This document shows, one piece after another, positions 46,614 through 56,436 of a stretch of 64,000 nt of DNA. Under the pieces are notes generated by a model. It saw nothing but the letters and a program-made list of their open reading frames with translations. It was not told where the DNA came from and ran no database searches. Position numbers and translations under genes: made by a program. The stretch spans positions 2,336,001 to 2,400,000 of the forward strand of contig OZ241329.1 in NCBI GenBank assembly GCA_965199825.1. Direction: 5' to 3'. Numbering within the stretch: position 1 is the stretch's first letter; every line of letters begins with the position of its first letter. The DNA comes from Bdellovibrionales bacterium. Lineage in GTDB: Bacteria > Bdellovibrionota > Bdellovibrionia > Bdellovibrionales > UBA1609.

Positions 46614-48108
46614 CCTCTTTTTTTTATTTATGAGCCTTTTGAGTGCTGAGCCACAAAGTGGAAAAACCACCGATATTGCCTTTATTCGTGATCGACCAAA
46701 ACCCTTTACTTATCGTCCGGTTAATAACCGCTATTGGGAGCGCGTTCAAACTCACCTCAAAGAAAACAATCCTCTTTTTATTTTGCAAGAAGCGCACGAG
46801 CAACAAAAGACCTATGGATTTACCTCGACTGAGAGCCAAGAATCTCATTTGGCTGAAGCGATTGGTCTTAAAAAACTCTCTTTTTCTTATGCCTCATTTG
46901 TTATTCTCCTCAATCTCGCCCAAACAAAAATGGGAACCAATATTGGCGAGGCCGCACTTTTTGAACTTGAAGATTTAGCCCTTCATTATTCAATAGATGA
47001 ATCTCAACTCGAGTCTTTTTTAAATCAGAATGAATTTGCCGACGCCCATCACGATATTGTGAGTTTTATTAACTATTATAAAGGACTTCATAATCTTCGT
47101 TACGGTTATAAAAAATGGGCCGAACCAAGTCTGTCAGGAATTAATCCAGCATCGCCGTGGTCACTTCAACTCAACTACTGGACCGCCATGGGTGAGGTGG
47201 CCCGCGGCCGTATGGACAAAGCCTTTGAGATGCTTAGAACTTTAAATACCTCAGCCAATATTCCACAAAATCTGCAGAATATGGTTAAGCTTCAACTTGC
47301 ACGAATCTATTTTGAAAAAGGACTTTTCCAAGAAGCCGAAAGTTTTTATCAAGATGTTGGCGATATGGGCTTGCGTGAGCATGGCCGAATCCTTTTAGAA
47401 CGAGCATGGACGGCATATTATCTCAAAAATTTTTCGCAAGCCCTAGGGTGGCTCACCGCTTTAAAAAGTTCGACCTTTGATTCTTCCTTAACTCCTGAGC
47501 GCTACATTCTCGAAATGGTGATCTTAAGAGATCTGTGTCACTTTCCTGGAGTCGAAATTGTGGCTAAAGCTTTTGAAAAAAAATTTCGTCATACCTTAAG
47601 TGTGATTCGTAAGCGTGGAAGTCTGCGCGAAGAGCGAACATTATTTTCGATGGCCACATTGAACCGGGACCTCCAACCTCAAGCCAATCTGGTCGATCAA
47701 CTTCGTAAAGAGCGTGATCGATTTCAGCGCGCCGGAATGCAAAAGTTTTTGTTCTTTGATGACGCTTTAGATGAATACAAAAAGCGCGATAAAATTTTAA
47801 CCGCCAATCTTGAGCCACGACTCGAAAATTTCGCACGCAAATCGGCAGAGTCGGTTTTGGATTCCGAAGAGCAAATTCAATTTTTGCAGTATCAAAGTAA
47901 ACTTGATGCTTTGAGAATTATTAAAGCGGATGAAGACCGGGCTTATCGTGCCGAAAAAGTGAGCCATGTGGCATTTCAAAAACTCTACTGGCCGGTCGAA
48001 AAAGAATTTTGGCTTGAAGAGCAAAATGATTATCGCGTTTTGATATCGAGCCGCTGCGGTACTAATGCAACTCCTGAAGATCTTAAACTCGAAAGAAAGT
48101 TTCGCTAA
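46594..48108 (+). CDS. GltC-like TPR protein
   Basis: LAR.YFE, LLERAW..Y, PE.YIL......LC, YWP...EFW.EE...YRV.I.S.C. Confidence 0.7.
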   Translation: MKVKMSSLFFLFMSLLSAEPQSGKTTDIAFIRDRPKPFTYRPVNNRYWERVQTHLKENNPLFILQEAHEQQKTYGFTSTESQESHLAEAIGLKKLSFSYASFVILLNLAQTKMGTNIGEAALFELEDLALHYSIDESQLESFLNQNEFADAHHDIVSFINYYKGLHNLRYGYKKWAEPSLSGINPASPWSLQLNYWTAMGEVARGRMDKAFEMLRTLNTSANIPQNLQNMVKLQLARIYFEKGLFQEAESFYQDVGDMGLREHGRILLERAWTAYYLKNFSQALGWLTALKSSTFDSSLTPERYILEMVILRDLCHFPGVEIVAKAFEKKFRHTLSVIRKRGSLREERTLFSMATLNRDLQPQANLVDQLRKERDRFQRAGMQKFLFFDDALDEYKKRDKILTANLEPRLENFARKSAESVLDSEEQIQFLQYQSKLDALRIIKADEDRAYRAEKVSHVAFQKLYWPVEKEFWLEEQNDYRVLISSRCGTNATPEDLKLERKFR

Positions 48109-51100
48109 TGATTGCGATCTTATTGTATATCGGCGTTGCCTTTGGGGGCGTGACCCAACAGATGACTCTTGAGCAGATGCGCCGGGATCTTGCAAGAGTC
48201 GATAAAAGTTCGGAAGAAACAAAGGCAAAAATTAAAACGGTGCGTGATGCCCGTTTTTTGCCAGATCTTTATTTTGCCCTTGCCGAATTTTATGTCGAAA
48301 AGGCGCGGTATATGTATTCGATCAAGGTGGCCGAAAATCCTAAAACACCGCTCGATGAAATGGATTTTACCGGCGAGCGCCGCCCAAAACTTCAGGCAAT
48401 TGAAACTTATGATACATTGATTGATAAATTTCCTAAACTTCCTGAGCGCGATAAAGCCATATTTTATAAAGCTCACGAGCTGCGCGAACTCGGCAGGCTT
48501 GATGACATGGTCAAGGTCTACTCGCAGCTCACAAAAGAATATCCTGAAAGCGAGTATTGGGCCGAATCCCAAGTGATTATCGGTGACTATTTTTTTGATG
48601 AAAAAAAAGATCCTGCTTTTGCTAAAGATATTTACCAAAAGATTTTAAAACTTCCACCAGGTCCGTTTACCACGCTTGCCCATTATAAAATCGGTTGGTG
48701 CGATATCAATAGCACCGACTTTAAAAACGCCTTGCTCGAGTTCGAAAAAGTTTTGAATGAAAATAAAGATGCCGACCTTACAAAGCTGCCAGAAATTTTT
48801 AGAAAAACCGATGTGCGGCGCGATGCTCTGCTTGCCATGGTTTGGCCTTATTCGGAGTTGTCACAAAAAGATCTTAAAACAATGGGCAACGATGAGCGCA
48901 TGAATGCGCTGACCTATTTTTATTCTCTCTCACCTGATCCTGCGAGTTACGAAAAAGTTTTGTCGCGTCTCGGTCGGCGTCTTGCTCTTAAGCTTCGGAT
49001 GATCGAAACCACCCAAGTTTATTTTGAGCTCTTAAGAATCACCCAAGATATTGAAACTCGAATGGATGTGGTCGAGCGACTGTATGTTTCGATGAAGAAT
49101 TCGCAAAAACCCTGGCCGGTTCACGGGCTTGTTCAAGAAATTGCTAAAACTCTGCCCCAGATCAAAGCCTCATCGACTTTAAAAGAAGGGGTAAAGAAAA
49201 AAGCGATCAACGATTGGGAGATCTTTGCTCGTGACGTTGCCACTCGCTCACAAAAAAGAGCTAAGGAAACCCGCGAGCAGCTCGATTGGGATTGGACCAT
49301 TCGAGATTACAACGCCTATTTGTCGGCATTTCCTGAATCAAAATTTGCCTCGACCTTGAAATTGAATTTGGCTGAAAGTTATTTTGCAAATCATCAGCAA
49401 GTCAAAGCGGCTCGCACCTACGAAGAGATTGCGCGTGAGACAAAGGATAAAGAAAAACATAAAGAGTATTTGGACTCTGCAATTCAGTCGTATATCGCAG
49501 CCCTTCGGGATCAATCCCATTTGAGTCGGCTTGAATTGACCGAAGTCCGGTTTGGTTTGCGCGACGTAGGCCAAGACTTTATCAAGCTCAATCCCAACGA
49601 CAAAGCCGCACAAGATATTCAACTCAACATCGCACAGACTTACTATGATGAGCGCGATTTTGATAAAGCGGTTCAAGGATTTAAATTATTTTTAAAAAAT
49701 TACCCCCAAAGCCCCCAAGTCTCGGTGGCGGCAAATCTTATTCTTGATTCCTACAATCAACGCGAAGACTACAAAGGAATTGTGCGCGAAGGTCGTGAGC
49801 TTTTAAAAACTCCGGCGGTTAAAGATCCCGCACTCAAAACCCAAATTTCACAAATCGTTGAGCAAGCCGAAATGCGAGCGGTACAAAAAGCGGCAGGAGA
49901 ATTTGGCTCGGCCAATTACGCTGCGAATTTGATGAATTTAGCTAACAAATACAAAGGCTCATCGCTTGGAGATCAAGCACTTTATGAAGCCTTTGTTGCT
50001 CTGAGAGCCAAGAAAGATCCTAAGTTTTATGAGTCTGGGGAGCAGCTTTTACTTCAGCACTCGACTTCAAAATATGCCCAAGAAGTTGCAACCAGCATGG
50101 GCCAAATGGCGCTGACCACTGCCGATTTTAGACGAGCTGCACTTTATTTTGAGCTTTATTATGATCGCTACTCTTCAAAGCCCGAAGCCAAAGAATTCCT
50201 CACCAATGCGGCAAAAATTCGTGAGCTCTTGGGCGATTTTAAAGTGGCGGGGCGTGACAACGAAAAATTGAATCAAGGCGATGCGGTCGCAAAACAAGAT
50301 TTTTTAGCCCAAGACTGGACCGCACTTTTGAGATCCGCGGCCAAGGCTCAAGGTATTAATGTGCCCTATTATGAGGGGCTTGCACAATATCGTTTACGCG
50401 GTGTCGGACCGGCGAGACCATCGCTGGAGCAAGCGGCCAGCAACCAGTCCAAAGATTTTTCGGATCAAGAAAAAGCGGCCCATGCACTTTATCTTTTATC
50501 GATGGGTGCGATGACCTCATATAAACAAATTCAATTGAAGGCCGGAAACGAAAGTAAAATCGTTCAAGAAAAAGCGGGAGCCTTAAAAGATCTCGAATCG
50601 AATCTTAAAAAGGTGATCGCTTTTGGTAATGGTCGCTGGACTATCGCAGCACTCTATGGACTGGGCCAAGCCAATAAAGAATTTGCCCAGTTTATTCGGA
50701 GCGCTCCACTGCCCCAGGGGCTCAGTGCGGATCAACAAAAGCAGTTTCACCAGGCGCTAGAAAAACAAGCCCAGACCTATGATCAAAACACCAAAACTTA
50801 CTTTAATGATTGCGTGAACAATGCCGAAAAATTTGAGGTTTTTACCCGTTTTGCCCTGGGTTGTCAGAGTGGGGGGCAACTTGTAGTTGATGAGGCCAAG
50901 GAGGTTCAGACCGTGGCTCATGCTCAAGAAAAAGATCCTGCTGGTGTGACCGAAGTGAGAAAACAATTGTTTGATCAACCCCGAAATTTAAATTTGTTGA
51001 TTAAGCTTTCAGATATTTATTTAAAAAACCAAGACTATGCGATGACCGAACTGATTTTAAACCGGGCTCAAGATATTGAACCCGAAAATTCTCAAATTCC

Positions 51101-51329
51101 TGCGCGCATTGGTATAGTAAAATTATTTAAAAATGAATTGATGGATGCAAAAGTCTGGTTTGATAAAGCGTTGAGTAAAAACCCAAAAGAAAAATATGCA
51201 CTTTGGGGTCTAGCCGGACTCTATCACCAGTTTCATTTTAAAAAACGTTATGATCAAGTGGCTTCACAAGCTCGTGCTGTCGGACTTCCGTCGGGTCCGA
51301 TTCATCCGTTTGTTGATCACGCATTTTAG
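48108..51329 (+). CDS. GltD/AgmU-like large TPR protein
   Basis: 1073 aa of TPRs; IGDYFF, YK.GW...N, W.IAALY..G.....FA..I..AP.P.GL. Confidence 0.75.
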   Translation: MIAILLYIGVAFGGVTQQMTLEQMRRDLARVDKSSEETKAKIKTVRDARFLPDLYFALAEFYVEKARYMYSIKVAENPKTPLDEMDFTGERRPKLQAIETYDTLIDKFPKLPERDKAIFYKAHELRELGRLDDMVKVYSQLTKEYPESEYWAESQVIIGDYFFDEKKDPAFAKDIYQKILKLPPGPFTTLAHYKIGWCDINSTDFKNALLEFEKVLNENKDADLTKLPEIFRKTDVRRDALLAMVWPYSELSQKDLKTMGNDERMNALTYFYSLSPDPASYEKVLSRLGRRLALKLRMIETTQVYFELLRITQDIETRMDVVERLYVSMKNSQKPWPVHGLVQEIAKTLPQIKASSTLKEGVKKKAINDWEIFARDVATRSQKRAKETREQLDWDWTIRDYNAYLSAFPESKFASTLKLNLAESYFANHQQVKAARTYEEIARETKDKEKHKEYLDSAIQSYIAALRDQSHLSRLELTEVRFGLRDVGQDFIKLNPNDKAAQDIQLNIAQTYYDERDFDKAVQGFKLFLKNYPQSPQVSVAANLILDSYNQREDYKGIVREGRELLKTPAVKDPALKTQISQIVEQAEMRAVQKAAGEFGSANYAANLMNLANKYKGSSLGDQALYEAFVALRAKKDPKFYESGEQLLLQHSTSKYAQEVATSMGQMALTTADFRRAALYFELYYDRYSSKPEAKEFLTNAAKIRELLGDFKVAGRDNEKLNQGDAVAKQDFLAQDWTALLRSAAKAQGINVPYYEGLAQYRLRGVGPARPSLEQAASNQSKDFSDQEKAAHALYLLSMGAMTSYKQIQLKAGNESKIVQEKAGALKDLESNLKKVIAFGNGRWTIAALYGLGQANKEFAQFIRSAPLPQGLSADQQKQFHQALEKQAQTYDQNTKTYFNDCVNNAEKFEVFTRFALGCQSGGQLVVDEAKEVQTVAHAQEKDPAGVTEVRKQLFDQPRNLNLLIKLSDIYLKNQDYAMTELILNRAQDIEPENSQIPARIGIVKLFKNELMDAKVWFDKALSKNPKEKYALWGLAGLYHQFHFKKRYDQVASQARAVGLPSGPIHPFVDHAF

Positions 51330-51358
51330 AATATGAAATCAGCTGCCGATAGTTTGAG

Positions 51359-53233
51359 GTGGGCGCAATTAAACAAAGTAATCAGAGCCGAGTTTCATTA
51401 AAAATCACCGATGGCAACGGCGTCATCTTTGAGCGAATATTTTCGCAATTTCCAATTCATATTGGGCGCTCCACCAATTGTGAAGTTCCACTTCCGCAGT
51501 TCAACTGGATTTCTCGTCAGCACTTAAAAATCGATATGGAAGACGGACAGCTCTATTGCTACGAGCTCAGCGTGAACAATGGTTTAAAGGTGAACAACAC
51601 TTTACAAAAAAAAGTGCCTCTCACCGAAAATCTTGTATTAGAATTGCTCTCGATTCGTCTTTACATTCATTTTCCAAAAGCAAACGAAATGACCCAAAGC
51701 TCGCTCTCCGTCGTCAGCTCTGAAGATGCAACTGTGATTGAAGCATTCGTGCCCCAAAAGCATGAGCATCATGGTTTTTTAAGACCCACGATTTCGGGTG
51801 GACTTGAGGCCTTAAATCTTTCGGCCCCTTTCCCCTCGGTTGATCGCTTGGCCCGCAACCGTCGAGTGCTCGAAGCGTTTGTGACCTGGAAGGGTCAACT
51901 TGTTGATAGTAAACTGTGCCGCGCCGGCGGAAACTTGCGAGTCGGGCGCACCAGAGAATCTTTATATGTTCCAACTTTGTCGCGCACTTTTGAAATTGCC
52001 AGCTATGACGGAAATTTTGGCGAGTGTTTACTGCCTGAAAAAGCAAATGGATTTCTATATTCAACCAATGATAGAAAAACTGCTCTTCAAGATCTAATAA
52101 AGGGACAAGCCCTAAATAAAAAAGGTCGACAGTACGCCCTTCGTTTAATGCCTCTTGATGTGTGTCAGCTCAATATGGGCCATGACATCCAACTTTATCT
52201 TCGCTACGCCCCTGCTCCACGTCAGCTTTCAAAAAAGGGTTTAACCGAACCCGATGAGTTGCTCCAAAAAGCGGGATTATTTTCTGGATTATTTCATCTT
52301 TTGTTTTTGCTCTTGGTGGTCTTTATTGGACCCCAACAGCATGTATTAAAAGTTAAAAATTTGTCGCCCCGGATTGCAAAACTGATTGTGACAAAACCAA
52401 AACCTCCTGAGCCTCCACCACCTGAAGAAAAAAAACCTGAACCTCCAAAGGTTGCAGAACAAAAACCAAAGCCCGAGAAAGTTCCCAAAAAAGTTCAGCC
52501 CAAACCTAAACAAGTTGTGGTTAAGACAAGCCCTGATTTGAAAAAAATCAATAAGCTTCCGGTTCATGTGAAAGAACAAGCGGATGCGACGGCTCCTACA
52601 AAAATGCCAGAAAAAAATGTTGAAGCTCTCGGCGCACTCGCAGCACTTGGTGCACTGGGCGCACCGACTCCCACAGCAAAAGATCAAGCGGTGTCGATCA
52701 ACGTCAACGCCAATGCAGGCGGCGCAAGTTCACTTTCAACAACCGGTGTGATTGGTACTCTTAAATCCAAAGGCGGCAAACTTGAAGCTGGCGGATTAGC
52801 TGGAGTTAAAACTACAGGCAAAGGTTTTGGAACAGGAACAGGTTACGGAGTTCAAGGTCTACAAGGTCGCGCTGGTGCTCGAGGAGTTCAAGGCTCAGTG
52901 ATTGGTACACCATCACTCATGAAATTGAGCGGCAGTGAAGGTCTCACACAAAAAGAAGTGATGGACGTTGTTAAAAAATATGCCGGAAAAATTCAGCAAT
53001 GTTATGAGCGAGCTCTCTTAGCCGAGACCGGCCTTGCAGGACGAATTGAGTATCAATGGTCAATCACACCAAAAGGTGTCGTGACCGATGCGAGTGTGAA
53101 GCGCTCGGATATGAAAAATGCCGATCAACTCAACGAATGTGTTTTGACTGTGTTTAAAGGGATGAAGTTTCCTCCTGCTAAAAACGGTCAAGGAACAACA
53201 CCAAGCATTGGATTCCCATTCGGCCGCATGTAG
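51359..53233 (+). CDS. GltG (AgmX/PglI-like): FHA, TM, Pro/Lys linker, TonB-like C-terminal domain
   Basis: IGRS..C.......ISRQH FHA; GL....V..VV......I..CYERAL....LAG.I...W.I...G.V. Confidence 0.82.
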   Translation: MGAIKQSNQSRVSLKITDGNGVIFERIFSQFPIHIGRSTNCEVPLPQFNWISRQHLKIDMEDGQLYCYELSVNNGLKVNNTLQKKVPLTENLVLELLSIRLYIHFPKANEMTQSSLSVVSSEDATVIEAFVPQKHEHHGFLRPTISGGLEALNLSAPFPSVDRLARNRRVLEAFVTWKGQLVDSKLCRAGGNLRVGRTRESLYVPTLSRTFEIASYDGNFGECLLPEKANGFLYSTNDRKTALQDLIKGQALNKKGRQYALRLMPLDVCQLNMGHDIQLYLRYAPAPRQLSKKGLTEPDELLQKAGLFSGLFHLLFLLLVVFIGPQQHVLKVKNLSPRIAKLIVTKPKPPEPPPPEEKKPEPPKVAEQKPKPEKVPKKVQPKPKQVVVKTSPDLKKINKLPVHVKEQADATAPTKMPEKNVEALGALAALGALGAPTPTAKDQAVSINVNANAGGASSLSTTGVIGTLKSKGGKLEAGGLAGVKTTGKGFGTGTGYGVQGLQGRAGARGVQGSVIGTPSLMKLSGSEGLTQKEVMDVVKKYAGKIQQCYERALLAETGLAGRIEYQWSITPKGVVTDASVKRSDMKNADQLNECVLTVFKGMKFPPAKNGQGTTPSIGFPFGRM

Positions 53234-53317
53234 GCCGAGCCCCACTTAAGTCGAGTTCTTTTTTGTCAGCTACTCACAATCCCCTTTGCTTGCTTAAATA
53301 GTTTCGAGGGGTAACAC

Positions 53318-53968
53318 ATGCTTCATACATTGCTCGAACATTATCGCGAAGGTGGCTTTTTTATGCACGTAATCTTAGGCACATCGGCCTTAGGTTTTGT
53401 GATCGTCATCGAGCGCTTTATTATAATCAATCAAGCCTCTTCGGTAAGAAAAGAAGAGCTTCTCAATCACGTCAACTCCTACATTCTTCAAGGTCATCTT
53501 GATAAAGCAATCGCGGTCACTTCACAGGTTCGAAATCCTCTCACCAATATTGTTCGGGCCGGACTTCAGGCGGTAGCTAACAACGGCGGAACAGAAGAGG
53601 TCCAGACTGCGATGGATGCGGTCGCATTAAGAGAAATTCCGCGGATCGAGCGACGAGTGGGTTTACTCTCCATGCTATCAAACGTTGCAACTCTTGTGGG
53701 ATTACTCGGAACGGTGACCGGGATGATCGGCGCCTTTGCTACGGTTGCTAACGTGTCACCTTCAGAAAAAGCAACGTTATTGGCGAACGCAATTTCTGAA
53801 GCGATGAATTGTACGGCGTTTGGACTTGTTGTTGCGATTCCGCTGCTTGCTGCGTTTGGATGGTTAAATTCAAAAGCTCAAGATACGGTTGATGATATTC
53901 ATGAATCAGCAGTGGCCACATTGAATTTTATTTTGGTTAATCGCGATAAAATTTTAAAAGGAAGATAA
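53318..53968 (+). CDS. MotA/TolQ/ExbB proton channel (AglR-like)
   Basis: EGG.FM, ATLVGLLGTVTGMIGAF, ISEAMNCTAFGL.VAIP. Confidence 0.92.
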   Translation: MLHTLLEHYREGGFFMHVILGTSALGFVIVIERFIIINQASSVRKEELLNHVNSYILQGHLDKAIAVTSQVRNPLTNIVRAGLQAVANNGGTEEVQTAMDAVALREIPRIERRVGLLSMLSNVATLVGLLGTVTGMIGAFATVANVSPSEKATLLANAISEAMNCTAFGLVVAIPLLAAFGWLNSKAQDTVDDIHESAVATLNFILVNRDKILKGR

Positions 53969-54403
53969 ATGAGCGGCGGCGGCGGAGAGTATGAGTTAAA
54001 CCTTACGTCCTACATCGATTTGATGAGCACATTAATTGTGTTTTTATTAATGACCGCAGTCTGGAATCAAATCTCTGTTTTATCCTCTGATACCGGCGGT
54101 ACCACCGCCTCGGATACTCCCAGTCCCCCAAGTAACAAACCAAAAGTCTCTTTAAGTGTGACAATTTTAAAAGACCAAATGGAAATGACCGAAAATAGCA
54201 GCTCAGTCAAAATTCCACATCAAGGCGATGATCTCGACACTATGAGAATGGTCGGAATTTTAAACCAGTGGAAACAAAAATATCCCGAAAAAAATGATGT
54301 CACATTGAATACCGAAAACTCGGTTTCGTACAAAATGTTGATTCGGGCGTTTGATACATTGGTTGGAAATAATTTTCCTGATGTGGGAGTAAGCACTCAG
54401 TGA
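53969..54403 (+). CDS. ExbD/TolR family protein (AglQ/AglS-like)
   Basis: ELNLT.YIDLMS.LI.FLL.TAVW TM with conserved Asp. Confidence 0.88.
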   Translation: MSGGGGEYELNLTSYIDLMSTLIVFLLMTAVWNQISVLSSDTGGTTASDTPSPPSNKPKVSLSVTILKDQMEMTENSSSVKIPHQGDDLDTMRMVGILNQWKQKYPEKNDVTLNTENSVSYKMLIRAFDTLVGNNFPDVGVSTQ

Positions 54404-54951
54404 AATCCTCATCGATTATTCCTCCTGGTTATAATGTTCTGCCAAAATATGATCTGCCCCACCTAAGACATCGCTTGTATGGACACGGAAAAAAGCCTGC
54501 CGATTTTAATCTCAGCCTTACTGCGATGATTGATATGTTTTCAACGCTCGTCGTATTTTTACTTCTTAATTTTTCGGCAACGGGCGAGGCCTACTTTGTT
54601 TCGAAAAATGTGGTCATTCCTGAGGCTAGCAATGTTCGCCAACTTCAAAGTCTTCCACTGGTGTCGCTCACCAAAGAAGGTGTCTCGATTGATTCGATCG
54701 GTTTAGTTGGAACAAATCCTGGTGTGATGACCATGGACGATTGGGAAATGCCCGGACTTGTTGCGGCTCTACAAAAAATCAAAGCGTCGCAAGCGACCTT
54801 AAAACAGGCCGGTGTTGAGCCTAAGGCCGAAGTCAATATTCAGGCAGATCAGGGCGTTTCGGTTGTGCACATTAAACGTGTGATGAATGTTTTAATTTCA
54901 GAGGGATTCACCGGAATTAATTTTGCGGTTCGTGAGGTCAATGCCCACTAA
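54400..54951 (+). CDS. ExbD/TolR family protein (AglS/AglQ-like)
   Basis: LSLTAMIDMFS.LV.FLL.NFS..GE; IQAD.......IKRVM. Confidence 0.88.
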   Translation: MKSSSIIPPGYNVLPKYDLPHLRHRLYGHGKKPADFNLSLTAMIDMFSTLVVFLLLNFSATGEAYFVSKNVVIPEASNVRQLQSLPLVSLTKEGVSIDSIGLVGTNPGVMTMDDWEMPGLVAALQKIKASQATLKQAGVEPKAEVNIQADQGVSVVHIKRVMNVLISEGFTGINFAVREVNAH

Positions 54952-55178
54952 GGGGTTTCGTATTTCATTTGTGGTTCGGGTTTCGGCATACCTTCGATCA
55001 TCTCAGCCTTAAAATCGGTTCGATATTTCACATAGTTTTTTAAACGATTTTTATCGCGGGCAATCATCTTTAAACGGTCATCACCGTGCAGTTCCCCTTT
55101 GATATTCAAATCTTCAAGATCCATTTTATTTTGGCTAAAACTCGGAAGACCCAATAAAATCAGTATAAAAAAAGTCAT
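54948..55178 (-). CDS. GltF/CglF-like small exported protein
   Basis: Signal peptide then MDLEDLNIKGEL...VKYRTDF..EM, resembling the iDFed..I.G....L...R.dF pattern. Confidence 0.6.
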   Translation of the reverse strand: MTFFILILLGLPSFSQNKMDLEDLNIKGELHGDDRLKMIARDKNRLKNYVKYRTDFKAEMIEGMPKPEPQMKYETP

Positions 55179-55203
55179 ACAATCACGCTAACCAAAAAGT
55201 GGC

Positions 55204-55566
55204 CTACTGACAATAGCGTTTGGTGGTTTCTAGGAGTTCGTCGATGTTGATCGGCTTTACAAATGCTTCCGACGCCGAAGTGGTTATTTTTTTGCTGTGA
55301 ATGTTGTAGTCCGCACTCATAATGAATACCGGAATATTCGCCAGGCGTGGGTTTCTAATTTGCTCATCGCGAAATTCAAAACCGTTCATCACCGGCATCA
55401 TCAAATCGAGCAAAATAAAATTGGGCAGCACATCGAGTGAATTGAGTAAGCTCAAAGCTTCTTGGCCATTGTTGGCACACTCCACCTCGTGACCTTCGCT
55501 CATAAAGAGGTGTTTTAATATCAGTTGGATATCCATCGAATCTTCAACAATCATCACCTTGGTCAT
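55204..55566 (-). CDS. Single-domain response regulator
   Basis: VEDS, ILLDLMMPVMNG, MSA, KP. Confidence 0.9.
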   Translation of the reverse strand: MTKVMIVEDSMDIQLILKHLFMSEGHEVECANNGQEALSLLNSLDVLPNFILLDLMMPVMNGFEFRDEQIRNPRLANIPVFIMSADYNIHSKKITTSASEAFVKPINIDELLETTKRYCQ

Positions 55567-55628
55567 CTTTATTTTACTCCTTCGAAGGCACTATATAACG
55601 AAATCATCTTTAAAATTTGACAAAGTTT

Positions 55629-56324
55629 TTACGAAAGCTGGAATTTATAGCCTATTCCCGAAACAGTTTTAACTGCTGCCTCATAGGGATGAATTTTTTT
55701 TCTCAATGTGCAGATATGTTTATCGATAGATCGGTCCTCGATAAAAACCTGGGAACCCCAAATCGCCTGCAAGAGTTGGGTTCGTGACAAAACCAAATTG
55801 GGGTTTTGTGCAAGATGAAGCAATAATTTGAATTCGATGGGTGTGAGGCTGATGTGTTTTTCGCCCTCGTCGACTTTTAAATATGCCGCCATACTCTGCA
55901 CTTCAAGCCGGAGCGGCCCGCGCGAAATATTCTCGGATAGAAATCGGCGGCGCTGGGATCTTAAAACCTGACTCTCAACACGAAGCAAAAGCTCATCGGG
56001 ATCAAAAGGCTTGGTGACATAGTCGTCGGCGCCTAATGAAAATCCTAAATATTTATCTTCAATCGAATTTTTAGAAGTTAAAAATATAACCGGAGTTCCA
56101 GAACGCTCAAGGGTCTGATTAAACTCTTTATAAAGATCAAATCCCAAACCATCAGGAAGTAAGACATCGATCAATAAAAGTGAATATGAAGTATGCACCA
56201 GTTTCATTCGAGCTTCAGCCAACGTTCCAACAATCTCGATTTTAAATTTAAAACCAAGCGAGCTTTTTATTATCAAAGCTGAATCGGCTGAATCTTCGAC
56301 GACTAAGATTATTCCTAAATTCAT
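55629..56324 (-). CDS. OmpR/PhoB-family response regulator
   Basis: DVLLPDG.G, GADDYVTKPF, LTP.EFKLL, R.ID.HI..LRKK, TV.G.GY. Confidence 0.93.
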   Translation of the reverse strand: MNLGIILVVEDSADSALIIKSSLGFKFKIEIVGTLAEARMKLVHTSYSLLLIDVLLPDGLGFDLYKEFNQTLERSGTPVIFLTSKNSIEDKYLGFSLGADDYVTKPFDPDELLLRVESQVLRSQRRRFLSENISRGPLRLEVQSMAAYLKVDEGEKHISLTPIEFKLLLHLAQNPNLVLSRTQLLQAIWGSQVFIEDRSIDKHICTLRKKIHPYEAAVKTVSGIGYKFQLS

Positions 56325-56436
56325 ACTCGTTATTTTAGATCAACTCTTGCGAAATACAATGGCTGAGCCCGAACACAAGCTTTGGCAGCGTCACAATCGA
56401 TTTAAAATTTAATTTAAAATATAATGGTGAACTTAT

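Noticed and set aside
52390..52520. Low-complexity CCA/AAA/GAA repeats
   Set aside because: Encodes the normal Pro/Lys/Glu periplasmic linker of the TonB-like GltG protein
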